Of a stretch of DNA of 64,000 nt, positions 16,260 to 28,902 are shown one piece after another. Location of the stretch: assembly GCF_009914755.1 (NCBI RefSeq), contig NC_060926.1; one strand, written 5' to 3'. The notes beneath the pieces are model-generated. The model ran no database searches and was not told where the DNA came from. It saw nothing but the letters and a program-made list of their open reading frames with translations. The stretch comes from the human T2T-CHM13v2.0 reference genome, Homo sapiens. The position numbers were made by a program, and so were the translations under genes. The first letter of the stretch is position 1, and each line of letters starts with the position of its first letter.

Positions 16260-17235
16260 GGCTGGGCATGGTGGCTGTGGCTCACTCCTGTAATCTCAGC
16301 ATTTTGGGAGGCTGTATTAGTCAGGATTCTCAAGAGGGATAGAACCAATAGGATATATATATATGATACATATATATATATATACCTGTATATAATAGGA
16401 TATTATATATCTGTATATAATAGGATATTATATATCTGTATATAATATACAATAGGATATATATATATGTCTGATACATATATATATATCTGAGTTTATT
16501 AAGGAATATTGACTCACATGATCACAAGTTAAAGTCCCACAATTGGCCATCTGCAAGCTGAGGAGCAAGGAAGCCAGTCTGAGTCCCAAAACCTCAAAAA
16601 CAGGGAAGCCAACACTGCAGTCTTCAATCTGTGGTTGAAGGTCCAAGAGTCCAAAAACTGAAGAACTTGGAGGCTGATGTTCGAGGGTAGGAAGCATTCA
16701 GCATGAGAGAAAGATGTAGGCTGGAAGACTAAGCCAGTCTAGTGTTTCCCTGTTCTTCTGCCTCCTTTTATTCTGACCACACTGGCAGCTGATTAGATTG
16801 TGTTTACCTGGATTGAGGGTGGGTCTCCCAGTCCACTGGGAAAGGGTGGACTTTCCCAGTCCACTGACTCAAATGTAATCTCCTTTGGCAACACCCTCAC
16901 AGACACACCCAAAAATAATACTTTGTATCCTTCAATCCAATCAAGTTGACACTCAGTATTAACCATCACAGAGGCCAGGGCAGAATGATTGCTTGAACCC
17001 AGGAGTTTGAGACCAACCTTGGCAACACAGGGCGATCCCATCCCTACAAAAAAAAAAAGTTTAAAAATCAGCCAGGATAATTAGCCATTTTCTGTGGTCC
17101 CAGATACTTGGAAGGTTAAGGTGGAAAGGTCACTTAAGCCTGGGAAGTTGAAGCTGCATTGAGCTGTGATCTGTCGTTGCACTCTAGCCTGGGCAACACA
17201 GCAAGACCCTGTCTCCAAAAAAAAAAAAAAAAAAA
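16260..17235 (+). mobile_element. AluJ-like element, split by an MLT2A LTR
   Basis: Alu 5' end at 16260-16312, resumes at 16971, poly(A) at ~17217-17235; flanking AAGAATTTG repeated on both sides. Confidence 0.85.
16313..16970 (-). mobile_element. MLT2A (HERV-L) solo LTR with an internal TA-rich expansion
   Basis: Minus strand reads TGTGATGGTTAATACTGAGTGTCAACTTGATTGGATTG ... CTGACTAATACA; exact 5-bp TSD GAGGC at 16308-16312 and 16971-16975. Confidence 0.88.
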
Positions 17236-19199
17236 GAATTTGATCTATGTCCCAGGTTCCTGACATGGAGCTTCTAAAACTGTTGGAATTTTCTGAGTAA
17301 TATAAGTGTCTTTGTTATGTTAATGAGCTAACTCATGGCAGGGCCTGTAGATAGCTTCAGGATGGGGTCTAGTCCCTGAAAAGACCAAAAAGGTAATTAG
17401 AGTTGGGGCTTTGAGCCACATGATATTAGCCAACCCTTCAGACCTCTAGGGAGAAGAGGGACACTGGAGATTGAGTTCAAGTACATGGCCAATGATTTAA
17501 TCAATGATACCTATGTAATGAATCCTCCCTAAAATCTCTGGACATTGGAGCTCAGAGGAACTTCCTGGTTGATGAGCACTTGATGTGCTGGGAGGGTGGT
17601 GCATCCTGATTCCTTGAAGGTAGGACGCAGAAGCTCTGTTTTTTACTAGTCCTCTCTCTATGTGTCTCCTCATTTGGCTAGTCCTTCTGATTTGTATCCT
17701 TTATAATAAAATTGTAATAATAATGATAGCATTTTCTTGAGTTCTATGAGTGGTTATACCCAGTTATTGAATCTGAGAGAATTGTGGGAATTTTTGAACT
17801 TATGGCAGTCATTCAAAAAACATGAGTGGCTTGGGGACCCCTGAAGTGTGCCTGGCATCTGACGTAGAAGCAGTCTTGTTGGGGACCATGCTCTTTAACT
17901 TGTAGAGTCTACACAAACTCTGGGTGGTTAGTACTGGAATTGAATTGCAATACATCTGGCTGGGGTTTAAACAGAAGGCCCGTGTTCTCAGGGACCTTGC
18001 TCTTTTGTGCTCTGTCTCTGTCTCTCTCTCTGTCCCTATCTCTATCTCTGTCTGTCTCTCCTTTAACTTTGTACTCTACTTGTTTCTCCTCACCAGACCC
18101 ACTCAAGTCTTGCTTATCTAAAGCAAAACAAAATAGTGAAGGCCGTAACTCCTTCATTAGTATTCTCCTCACCTTCTGCTTTGTTTCTCTTGAAAGAGTG
18201 CCTTCAATTACTTCTCCTCCCACTCATCAGCCCTCAACAATTTTGCTTCTTCCTACTACTTAAGCAAAACTTCTTTCATAAAAGTTATTCTTATTCACAT
18301 AGTCAATGAATAATTCTAAGCTTAAAAAAAAAATCCGTGAGTTTCTCTGCAGCATTTCATACTATTTGACAATTTTCTTTCCTTCTTGAACTACAACCCC
18401 CTCCCACCCCAGTTTCTGTAATACTGCACCGGGATTCCTTTGTCTATTCCTCTCTCAGTCTCCTGTATAATCTTCTTTTGTCTACCCCTTCTAAACTGCA
18501 CGTATTGTCCATTCCCCACCCTCCTCCTCGATTCCTAGTCCATGAATGTCTTACCATCCACCCAGATACCTGGGCGTGTCACCTTGAGTATGTCTTCTCA
18601 CTCACCACTCTAACCCCACATCTGATCACTCATTGTATTTGATTCCTTCTGCCTCCCACATGCCTTGTGTCTCTGTGCATTTATATCCTCTGCCTCTGTG
18701 ATTGCCACAGTCCACACAAAAACAGCTTACTTCCTCAACAGTCTCTCTGCTTCAAGTTTTGTGACCCTCCTACCTGTTCTTCATCTCACAGCCAGGGTGA
18801 TATTTCCAAAACAGACGCAATCATGTAGAGCCCGAGTCCTGGCCCATGGCAGGTGCCAGTGACCTTTTACTGCATGCTTGAATGAATATTATATCCCTGC
18901 TTAAAACCCCCAATAGTCTCCCACGGCTCTTTGCATCCAAGCTCTTTGACACAATTTCAGGTTCTCCTGACTTGGCCGTTGCACGCTTCTTTCACTGGCC
19001 TTGAATAGGTCATGCTTATCCTTCCTCTATCTGAAACACCCTCCTTCCCTTCAGCTGGGTAACTGGAACTTATCCCTTTGATGTCAGCTTTCATAGGCTT
19101 TTTCCTGCCCTATCTGCTATATGGTTGCAGGTCACTTCCTGCTCCACCTATTGTATATTTATTACATTTTATTGCAATTGTTTGTAGTACAGATTTACA

Positions 19200-20050
19200 C
19201 ACCCACCATCAGTATCTCAGCAGCCACGTCAGTGCACACGTCTGGTAACACTTGGTGAGGTCAGACTTGCAAAGTGTTGACACTGTATTTGGTATAAAAT
19301 CGTATCTTATTGTGGCTTAATTTTCACTTCTATAATTTTTAATGAGGTTGGGCATTTAAAAAAATGTTTCCTAGCCATTTGTATTTACTCTTAAAAAATA
19401 TATGTTAGAAAACTGAGAGAATGTATTTATTCTTTTATGAAATGTATATACTTTTTCCTGCTGGGCTATTTTTTTCTTATTTATTTGTAGGAGTTTTTGT
19501 TTTTGTTTTCGTTTTTTTGACAGTCTTACTCTGTCACCGAGGCTTACAGTGATGTGAGCTCAGCTCACTGCAACTTCTGTTTTCTGGGCTCAAGTGATTC
19601 TCCTGCCTCAGTTTCCTGAGTAGCTGGGATTACAGGCGCCCGCCACCATGCCTGGCTAATTTTTGTATTTTTAGTAGAGACGGAGTTTTGCCATGTTGGC
19701 CAGGCTGGTCTTGAACTCCTGACCTCATGTGATCCGCTGGCCTCCCAAAGTGCTGAGATTCCAGCGTGCGCGGCCATACCCGGCCGGGAGTTCTTTATAT
19801 ATTCTGAAAACTAATCCTTTGTGAGACATAAGTGTTGTAAATATTGTATCCCAGTTTGTGGCATGTATTTTTAATTTTTAATGGTGTCTCTCAATGAAAA
19901 AAGCTTAACACTTAAATGAGGTCAAATTGATCACCTTTTTATTTATGGTTGATTCCTTTGGTGTCATGTGTAAGGAATGTTGTTCCTTCCTGTCCCAAAG
20001 TTGCAAAGATTTCTTGTGTATTTTGTCCTAAAAGTTTTAAAGTTTTGCTT
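19200..20050 (-). mobile_element. Old L1M fragment containing an AluS (19495-19785, minus strand)
   Basis: Reverse L1 3'-ORF2-like text (TATATTCTGAAAACTAATCCTTTG) interrupted by a reverse Alu. Confidence 0.65.
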
Positions 20051-22650
20051 TTCCCATCTGTGCACATTTCACATTTGCTACATCTCACTGACTGCTTCCT
20101 CTGCTGCAGAGCAAGCTCCATGAGAGCAGGAGGCATGGGTCCTGCTTCTTGTTGGTCCCCAGAGCCCTATGTCATGACTAGGACCTGGCAGGGGACTAGT
20201 GAGTAGCTCCTGACTAACTGACTCAATGAATGAATGATTGGATGATTGAACAAAGTGGTATGGGAGTTCACAGCGAGTAAGAGATGCCTTAGAAGAGATG
20301 AAGAAGGAGATGGTATAGGGTAGTGGTTCTCAATTCTGGGTCCATGGTGGACTCACCTGGGGACCCTTAAAATGTACCGTGGAGGATCCCAGCCCAAGAG
20401 ATTCTGTATGACTGGTCTAAGATGTGGTCTGGGCACCAGGTGATCCCAGTGTGCAGCCAGGCCTGAGGCCACTGGATTTGGTGGTAAATGAGGTAGCTAT
20501 CAAGGGTACAGACGTTGGTTGCCAACAGGCTTGGGCTTGAATTTAAGCTTTGTCACTGACTTGCTGTGTCCTCCTGCACTCGTTGAGCCTGTTTTCTCAC
20601 CTGAGAGATGGGTGTGATAACACCTACCTGCTGTAGTTGTTGTGAGAGTTAGAGGAGATAAGCATGTTCCTGGAATGAAGTGTGTTCTTAATCCATCATA
20701 GGTTTTTTGCTTGTTTGTTTGTTTGTTTGTTTGTTTTTTCCTTTTCAAGAATGAGGTTGAGCCAGACTTTGACAGCTGGGTGGGAAGTGAACATGTGGTG
20801 ATTGGGAGAGAAGGGCAGTTTATGTGAAGGGAATGTAATAATTAGAGAGTGGGCGTGGGAAGACATGCTGGGGAGAGTGAGCAGGCCGGTTAGCCCTGGT
20901 AGAGGGTGCAAGAGAGCAGTGCGGAATCTGCCAGGGAGACAGGTGGGTGACCAGGGTGCCAAGGGTGTGGCTTTTCCCAGGTTCCCATGGACACAGCCAT
21001 CCTCCCAGATGCCCAGCCTAGCTGTGAGTGAGCAAGAGTTCTGGATTGTCTCTCTCACTCTGTCTTTTTCTCTCATTCCAGAAACAAAGCAGTGACTGGT
21101 ACTTAGGAGGAGAATCAGGTCAAGTTGGGAGAAACTTGCTTCTGCTCAGGGGAGCAGAAGCAAGAATGGAGGCCCCACCCATGCTGGAAGATGATGAGGG
21201 TTTTGGTTCAGGGAGGAGGAATATTGGGGATCTAAAGGGGCCTGGGAGTGGGGCAGGACCCTGCCTTAGGACAGGTAGAAACATTTTCTATAAAAAATGG
21301 GGTGGAGGTTGATGGTAGGACCAGGCATCTTTAGTTGGCTCCCTGGAGTGTCAAGCCCTTGAGATGGTCTTTAAAAGCCATGCAGTGGGGTTTGAATCTG
21401 GTGTTCAAGCTCATAGGTTATTAACATAATGACACTTGGAAACTATTTGGGAGAGCTCAAGTGAGTGGCCTGGAAGTTCTGTGTTGGTGCAGGAGGTGAC
21501 TTAGGATGTGCTGCTCCAGACTCATATCTTTGACTGCACACCTGATGCTTCATCTGGCTATCCTGTAAGCACCTTCAACTTAACATGTCCTACACAGAAC
21601 TCTTGATATTCCTGTTCCTCCCCCAGTTCCTCAGTTCTTACCAAATGTTCTTCCAGTTACCCAATTGCTCAAGTAAAAAATCTAAGTCCTTCTCTTGGAT
21701 TTCTGCCTGTTCCCTCAACATCCCACCTATCCATGAGTGTTCTGTGGGCCCTGCCTCTGAAATAAATCCTGCCTTTGTCTCCCAGTTCACTCCAGCCACC
21801 CATCCTGGGGCTGCACCCTCCTCCTTCCAAGCCCTCTCCCTTTCCTTCCTGGTGCTGCCTGTCATGTCAAGCATATGCATCAGTGCGACCAGGACATTTG
21901 AAATGCAACCAGTACAATTGGGCGCGGTTATGCCTACCAGTTTTTCTTCCTTAAACATTTTATATTTATGTTTGAAAGCATGCCACCTTTCTTCACTTGC
22001 CAACTTGACAGATTTATTAGTTGACAACATCCGCTGATAGCATCAGTAATAAGTTAATTGTTTTTGCACATGTAGCTTTAATTATTCTCATTATCATTTA
22101 TAGGAGTTATTCTTTGTAAAGGGTAACTGAGTTTTCCAAAACAAACAGAAATTTGGGGTGGGCCCATGGAGCGTGACTCATGAAATCAGATTCTTAGAAG
22201 GACCTCGGCAAGTCTCTGGGTTGCTGTTAATGAGCCTGGCTGGCTGCCAGGGGTGTGTCTGCCCTTTATGAGGCCACCACTGTTCAAATGCTTGCCTGCA
22301 GCATTACTTGCCTAGGTAGTGCTTGTTTCTACTGAACTGTCAGGGATCCAATTCTTTGTGGTCTAAGTAACAATACTCAGATTCACAAGGAATTGATTAA
22401 TAAGCCAGAATGCCAATGTATTACATTTTTGATGAAGACCATATTTACAGTGATTGTATCTGCTCAAGCTCAAATTAGGATTAGAGTTCTGACAAATACA
22501 TATGTGAGAAGTATGAGGTTAAATACTTGAAATTTGGACTTTTCTAGAAAATCTGAATGTGATTGCCATTCACATACCTTTCTGGGGATGATGATTCTTG
22601 TACTTTTATTTTAAAAGACATAGAAAACTAACTTAAGAATCAGATTGCTT

Positions 22651-22974
22651 GGCTGGGCACAGTGGCTCATGCCTGTAATGCCAGCACTTTGGGAGGCCAA
22701 GGTGAGTGGATTGCTTGAGCTCAGGAGTTTGAGATCAGCCTGGGCAACATGGTGAAATCCCATCTCTACCAAAAATACAAAAAAAAAAAAAAAAACAACC
22801 AAAAAGAATAAATTAGCTAGGTGTGATGGTGCGTGCTTGTAGTTCCAGCTACTTGGGAGGATGAGGTGGAAGAATTGCTTGAGCCCAGGAGGTGGAGGTT
22901 TCAGTGAGCTGGGGTTGCAACAGTGTACTCCAGCCTGGGCGATAGAGTGAGACTCCGTCTCAAAAAAAAAAAAA
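22651..22974 (+). mobile_element. AluJ
   Basis: Alu dimer; TSD AAGAATCAGATTGCTT / AAAAATCAGATTGCTT. Confidence 0.9.
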
Positions 22975-24389
22975 TCAGATTGCTTTATTGCTGGTTTTCT
23001 TTCTAAAACTGAGATTGGGTCCCATCATCCCCTGGCCCCCATTGGTTAATGGTTCCTCCTTTGTCTATTGAATAAAATACAGATGTCTGCTTTTGGCAAC
23101 ATGGTTGAATGTAGACACTGCAGGGTCTTCCTGACTCAAAATGAGTAAGGCTTAGATAAAACACATTTTGAAATGCATTTCTGGATGAACAGCAAGGAAA
23201 GGAGATCTCTTAAAATCCTCTTTCTGTTCCCCTCTCCCTACCCCCTCCAAGTGGGCTTAAGTAGGAAGGGTGGTGAGCGGCAGGTAAACACACGTCAAAG
23301 GCAGTCTTCCTCTCTGAGGGAAAACACTTGTATAAGCATTGCAATCAATGGGCCTCTTTAATTATGTGCCAGTGGCAAGAGCGGGTGCTGAACCCAGGGG
23401 CCTGCCTCAATCCGGGGCCTTTGAGGCAGAATAAAGTGGTCTCAGGTTGTTGGCATTTCCTTGCCCTTCCACCCGAAGCAGACACAAATCCTCTCTGGAG
23501 GCAAGTTCCCCAATTCAGCCAGTACAACTCCCACAGACTAAGATCAATCATGTACAAGCTCACAGACAAAGGTCACCAAACACACAGAGCAATAAACAAA
23601 TTCATGAGTGACGTGAATGAGAATAAACAGAAACAATAACCACCAGCTGGGATGCTCTAAGTCTTCAGCTGTTAGAATTCCTGAATATAGAATAAAACTG
23701 CCACAATGGCAAACATGCATCTAGTACTTACTGTGTGCTGGGTTCTAAGAATTTTGCACATTGTGCCAGATACCGACTCAGCTTCACACTCACCCTCCTA
23801 CTGTGCCCTCTTAATTTGCACTAGATTAAAAGGTAGAAAGGAAGAGGCAGCTATTCTGTTCTTGGCTGTGCCTCTGGCAGCACATGCAAAATGGGCAGTA
23901 ACAGTGGCAGTCACAGGTAAGTAGCCTTCTCACAGTGTGGAGTTAAAGGCATGGGACTGAGACGAGCAAGGTTCCTAAAGGGACAGTGGCCAGTAGATGA
24001 CCAGGGGCTACTGGAGTGGCTGCATGGCTCTGTGGAAGCTCAGAGGAGCCTTGGGTCCTGCAGGTGCAGTAGCAGCTTTCTGTAGTTCCTGATCTCTGGG
24101 TCCCACAATCTTCCCCGTTTTTGCTCCTCCACTTCTAATTTTGTAACTGACTTCCCTGTGTGTACTTCTCTCTCTGATTGAAATAGCCAGACTGGTTTCT
24201 GTTTCCTGATAAGACATTGTCTGGTACGAACACAGTAACTCATTTAATCCGATATCTCTATGAAGGAGGTACAATAATTATTCCTATTTTACAGATGAGG
24301 AAACACAGCAGAGAAATAAAGTCAATTGTCTAAGGTTGCACATTTAGTCAAGGGAAGGGTTGATATAACATATAATTATTTAGAAAACA

Positions 24390-26330
24390 TCTAAGGAAAT
24401 AAAAGGCATAATTTAAAAATAAAACTAGGCAGGTTTAAAAAAATGAAGTAATCTATAAGTAAAAAAGTATAATTGTTGAAATACATATCTTAGTGGATGG
24501 GTTAAATAGCTGAAGAAATGATTAATGAACTGGAAGGTAGTTCTGAGGAAATCAGAATTCAGCATAGATAGAAAAAATGGGAATTTACAAAAGTACACAG
24601 GAATTATAAAAGAGGTTAAATTATAGGGAGGGTAGAATGAGAATTAACATTGGTCTAACTGGAATTTTGGAAGAAGAGAATAGAGAGAATGAACAAGGCA
24701 ATATTTAAAGAGGTGGCTGAGAATTTTTCAGAACCAACACAAACTATGACTTTACCAGTAGAGAAAACAATGTACACTGAGGAGGATAAATAAATATACT
24801 ATGAACAAATTGTAATAATAATACTCAACAAAGACAAAGAGAAGATCTTAAAATCAGCAAAAAAAGAAAGTCAGACTTAGAAAGAAATGACAATGGCAGA
24901 CTACTCAACAACAACAATGGAAACCAAATTCAGTGAAACAGTATTTTCAAAATGCATATTTAATCTATCTTTGAAGAATAAGGGTGAAAAGGGTGAAAAT
25001 TGCTGCCTTATACAAAATATCAACATTAACAAAAAGTAATGAAGGTAATATAAAAATGTTTTCAAATAAACAAAACTGAGAGAGTTTACCACCAACAAGC
25101 ATTCATTAAATGGACTTTTAAATGCAGTTTTTAGGAAGAAGGAAAACAATTCCTAAGGAAGGTCTGAGATGCAAAAAGGAATTATGAACAAAGAAATTGT
25201 TAAAATTATAGGTGAATTAAAAAAACTGCCTGCATAAATGATAATAATGACAATGATGCTATTAATAATGAGTTGATAAGGATAAAGAAAAGGACAGAAT
25301 TAAAATACTAGAAAACAAGCATGCTGGAAAGGATTCAGGAATTACTTGAAGGTTAAAGTTCTAGGGTCCTTCTATCCTTCTAGAGGGGAGTCAATATATT
25401 AATTTTTGACCGTCACTTACACAGTGAAAAACTTTAAGGATAACCATAAAAAAATAGAAATAGAGAGTATAACTTCTGAAACAGTCAAGGGAAAAATATG
25501 GAATAAGAAAACTGACCAAAAAACATCTCAGTCAATCAAAAAAAAAAAAAAAAAAGAAAGAAAAGGTTCGGAAGGAGAAAATCAAAGCATAGAAAAAGCG
25601 GGACAAATAGAAGTGGAAAAGAAAAAGGTAGAAGAAACAGGTCCAGAAATATCACTGATGCACTAAATCACCATTAAAAGATGAAAACAAATGAACAACA
25701 TCAAAAAATTCTAGTGACTGTAGTAGTGCTGATCAGAATAGGCTCTAAGATAAGATGCATTATTGTGAGTCAACTTGTGATGATGAAAGGTTTAATTCAC
25801 CAGAAAGACACAATTATAAACTTGTAATCAAATAGTTTTATTTTATTTACTTTATTTATTTATTTTTTTTGAGACAGGATCTTGTTCTGTTGCTCAGGCT
25901 GGAGTGCAGTGGCTTGATCTCAGCTCACTGCAGCCTCCACCTCTTGAGGCTCAAGCTTTCTTCCTGCCTTAGCCTCATGAGTAGCTGGGTCCACAGGCAC
26001 ACACCACCAAGCCCTGCTAATTTTTGTATTTTTTGTAGAGATGGGGTTTCACCATGTTACCAGGCTGGTCTCAAACTCCTGGGCTCAAGCGATCTGCCCC
26101 CCTCGGCTTCCCAAAGTGTTGGGATTATAGGCGTGAGCCACGGTGCCTGGCCTCAAATAACTATTTAAGTGAAACAAAACTAGTATGGCACTAATGAAAA
26201 ATGTATAAATCCATAATCGCAGAGGGATTTCAACTTACTTCTTTCGATTATGTAAAGGTCAAACAGACAAAAGACAATGACAAAACTTAATGCAATGAAC
26301 ACTTTTGATTTAATGAACATATATTGGATA
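24390..26330 (+). mobile_element. Degenerate ancient L1M (ORF1/ORF2-like, A-rich), containing an AluJ (25837-26152, minus strand)
   Basis: Strongly A-rich sense strand with L1 ORF1-like text (GGCTGAGAATTTTTCAGAA); boundaries approximate. Confidence 0.55.
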
Positions 26331-28491
26331 TGTACCCAAGAATTAGAGAATACATACTAGTTTTGAGTTTATGCAGAACATTTACAAAAATTTAGTGGAA
26401 GCCTAAATTATAAAAAGTTGCTGTCACGTAGAATAACACACAAACCCCTGAGTCCGGAATTCAAAGCCCTCCACACTCTCCTCTACCTTTGCATCTTTAT
26501 CCTCCACCACACTGCAGTGCATACTCTGGGCTACTACTCACTGTTCTTGATTCAAATTCCATGTTCTGTCAGCTCAAATCATTCTCTCTGCCTGGAATAA
26601 CTACTTCATACATATTCTGCTATTGAATTCTTGTCTTAGCACCCCATCTACTCCAAGACGATGTCCAGTTGGGGTTACTCCCTGTCCCATTTTCTTTGAT
26701 TACACTTTTTTTTTCTACTTCCATTATATTATTGATCACATCTGTGCCACAGTTTTTGACTTTGTGTCTGCTTTTACTCTTTTCTAGACCCTGAGAGCTC
26801 CTGAAGGGTTGGGTCATTTCTTTTTTATTTGCTCATTCCTCATGGCACAGTGAGTGCTTAATAAATGGCTATTGACTGAAATTAAACTGTATCTAAATGG
26901 ACATATTCCACTTCTGGGCCATTCATTCTTTCTTTCTATTGGAACCAGGAGATGGGGAACCATAACAAAGGTAAGGTTGTGCCATGTGAAAGAACATGGA
27001 ACCTTCCCCTGAGGGCCAAAAAAGAGCAGGGAAAGGTGCAAAGACAAAATCTTCCATTTTTAAACAATGTAAGAATGTGGTCCACCTCATGCTCAGGTGG
27101 GACTTTATCATGACGTTATTTTTGGGGACTTATAGCTGCATCATTTACCCCATATACATTTACCTTTAGTGTAGGGAACTGAGGACAGGAATTTTGTTGA
27201 TGCAGACTCTTGCTAATGAGGCTAACACTTGGAGAATTTTTATCATGCATTCAAGAAGCTTGTTTTACATTTCTTCATTAATACTTTAGTTGGTGGTTTA
27301 GCTTTAGTTGTAGGCTTATCAGATATTTGGAGATATCTTCATAAACGATGGCTTTGGTTTTAGAAGAGTTATTCTGAAGCTACTATTTCTGGCAATAATC
27401 AAACAGCATGGCCATTTGTTTTGTAAGGCCTTTCCTAGAATATGACGGTAAAATCTACGTGTGGAAAAATGCTTATTCTTCTGTCCTCTATAAATGTGAA
27501 TCTAGTTTGTCTTCAAAATGAAATCAAGTGATTAAAATGTAGTTTTCTAAGAAGATAAATGGAGCAAAGCACTCTGTGTTTCACAGTGTTGGAAATCACT
27601 CATCCCTCATAAAACTGTCCCAACTGATCCTGACTCACATGAATGAATTAAAATAAGAGTTAATAACATCAATTTACATTTTTAAAGACACTTTCCCATG
27701 TTTTAGACTATTGGTTGGAAAAGCTGGTAGGTGTACAATTTGTGGAGAGTTGGCTGTTTTTGTCTGTCGTTGTTTGACGTATTTCAAAGCCATATCTAAT
27801 TTTGTTGCAGAATGGTCTGAATTCTACAAAAATGTTGAGTTGTGTAGTGTGGAGAAGTACGGAGCCATTTACTGAAAGGCTGGGGGGAAATGACGAGACC
27901 CTGAGATAAGGCAGTAGTGGTGCGAACAGAGTGGAAGGGAGGTAGTTGAGATATGTTCAGAGTAGAATCAGAATGGACATAGTGAACAACTGGATGCAGG
28001 TGGGGGCTGAGGAAGCAAAGTTGAGGATAATTCTGAGACTTCTAGGTTGATCCACTGAAGTTACATTATTCAACACCACAAGGAAACTAGGGGAATGAGA
28101 AGGCATACTGGTTTGCTTTGGAGTGGAAGGGCAGTGATGTAAGAGGAGTTAATGAGTTAAAGTTTGGATATGCCTGAACTTCAATTTGATATGTGCATCT
28201 GATATACCCTTGGGGTGACCCTCCAGGCAATGGTTGAACATGTGTATTTCTTAGTAACTGATAGGCATCACAGACTCACATCAGTAAGGAAGCAACAGCA
28301 AACTTGATTGGACGATATACCTGGAACTCAGTACCCTATGACTGGAGCAAGTCTCTGTCAGTGAAATGAGGATAAGAAGAATCTTGACCTTGTGGAATAT
28401 GTTGTTAGGAATATATGTGATGAACAACATAGGATACTTCCTACAGGGCTCCACATGTAGTAAGGGCTTTATAAATGCTTGATAAATATTA

Positions 28492-28902
<411 letters not shown>

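Larger units (their letters stand above)
16238..17954 (+). mobile_element. MER21-like LTR, split by an AluJ
   Basis: TGTTGTATAATTAAGAATTTGG | Alu | AAGAATTTGATCTATGTCCCAGGTTCCTGAC... resembles the MER21C consensus; right boundary approximate. Confidence 0.6.

Noticed and set aside
21585-22037. Overlapping 150-aa and 130-aa ORFs
   Set aside because: Largely in pyrimidine-rich, L2-like sequence; no recognisable domain.
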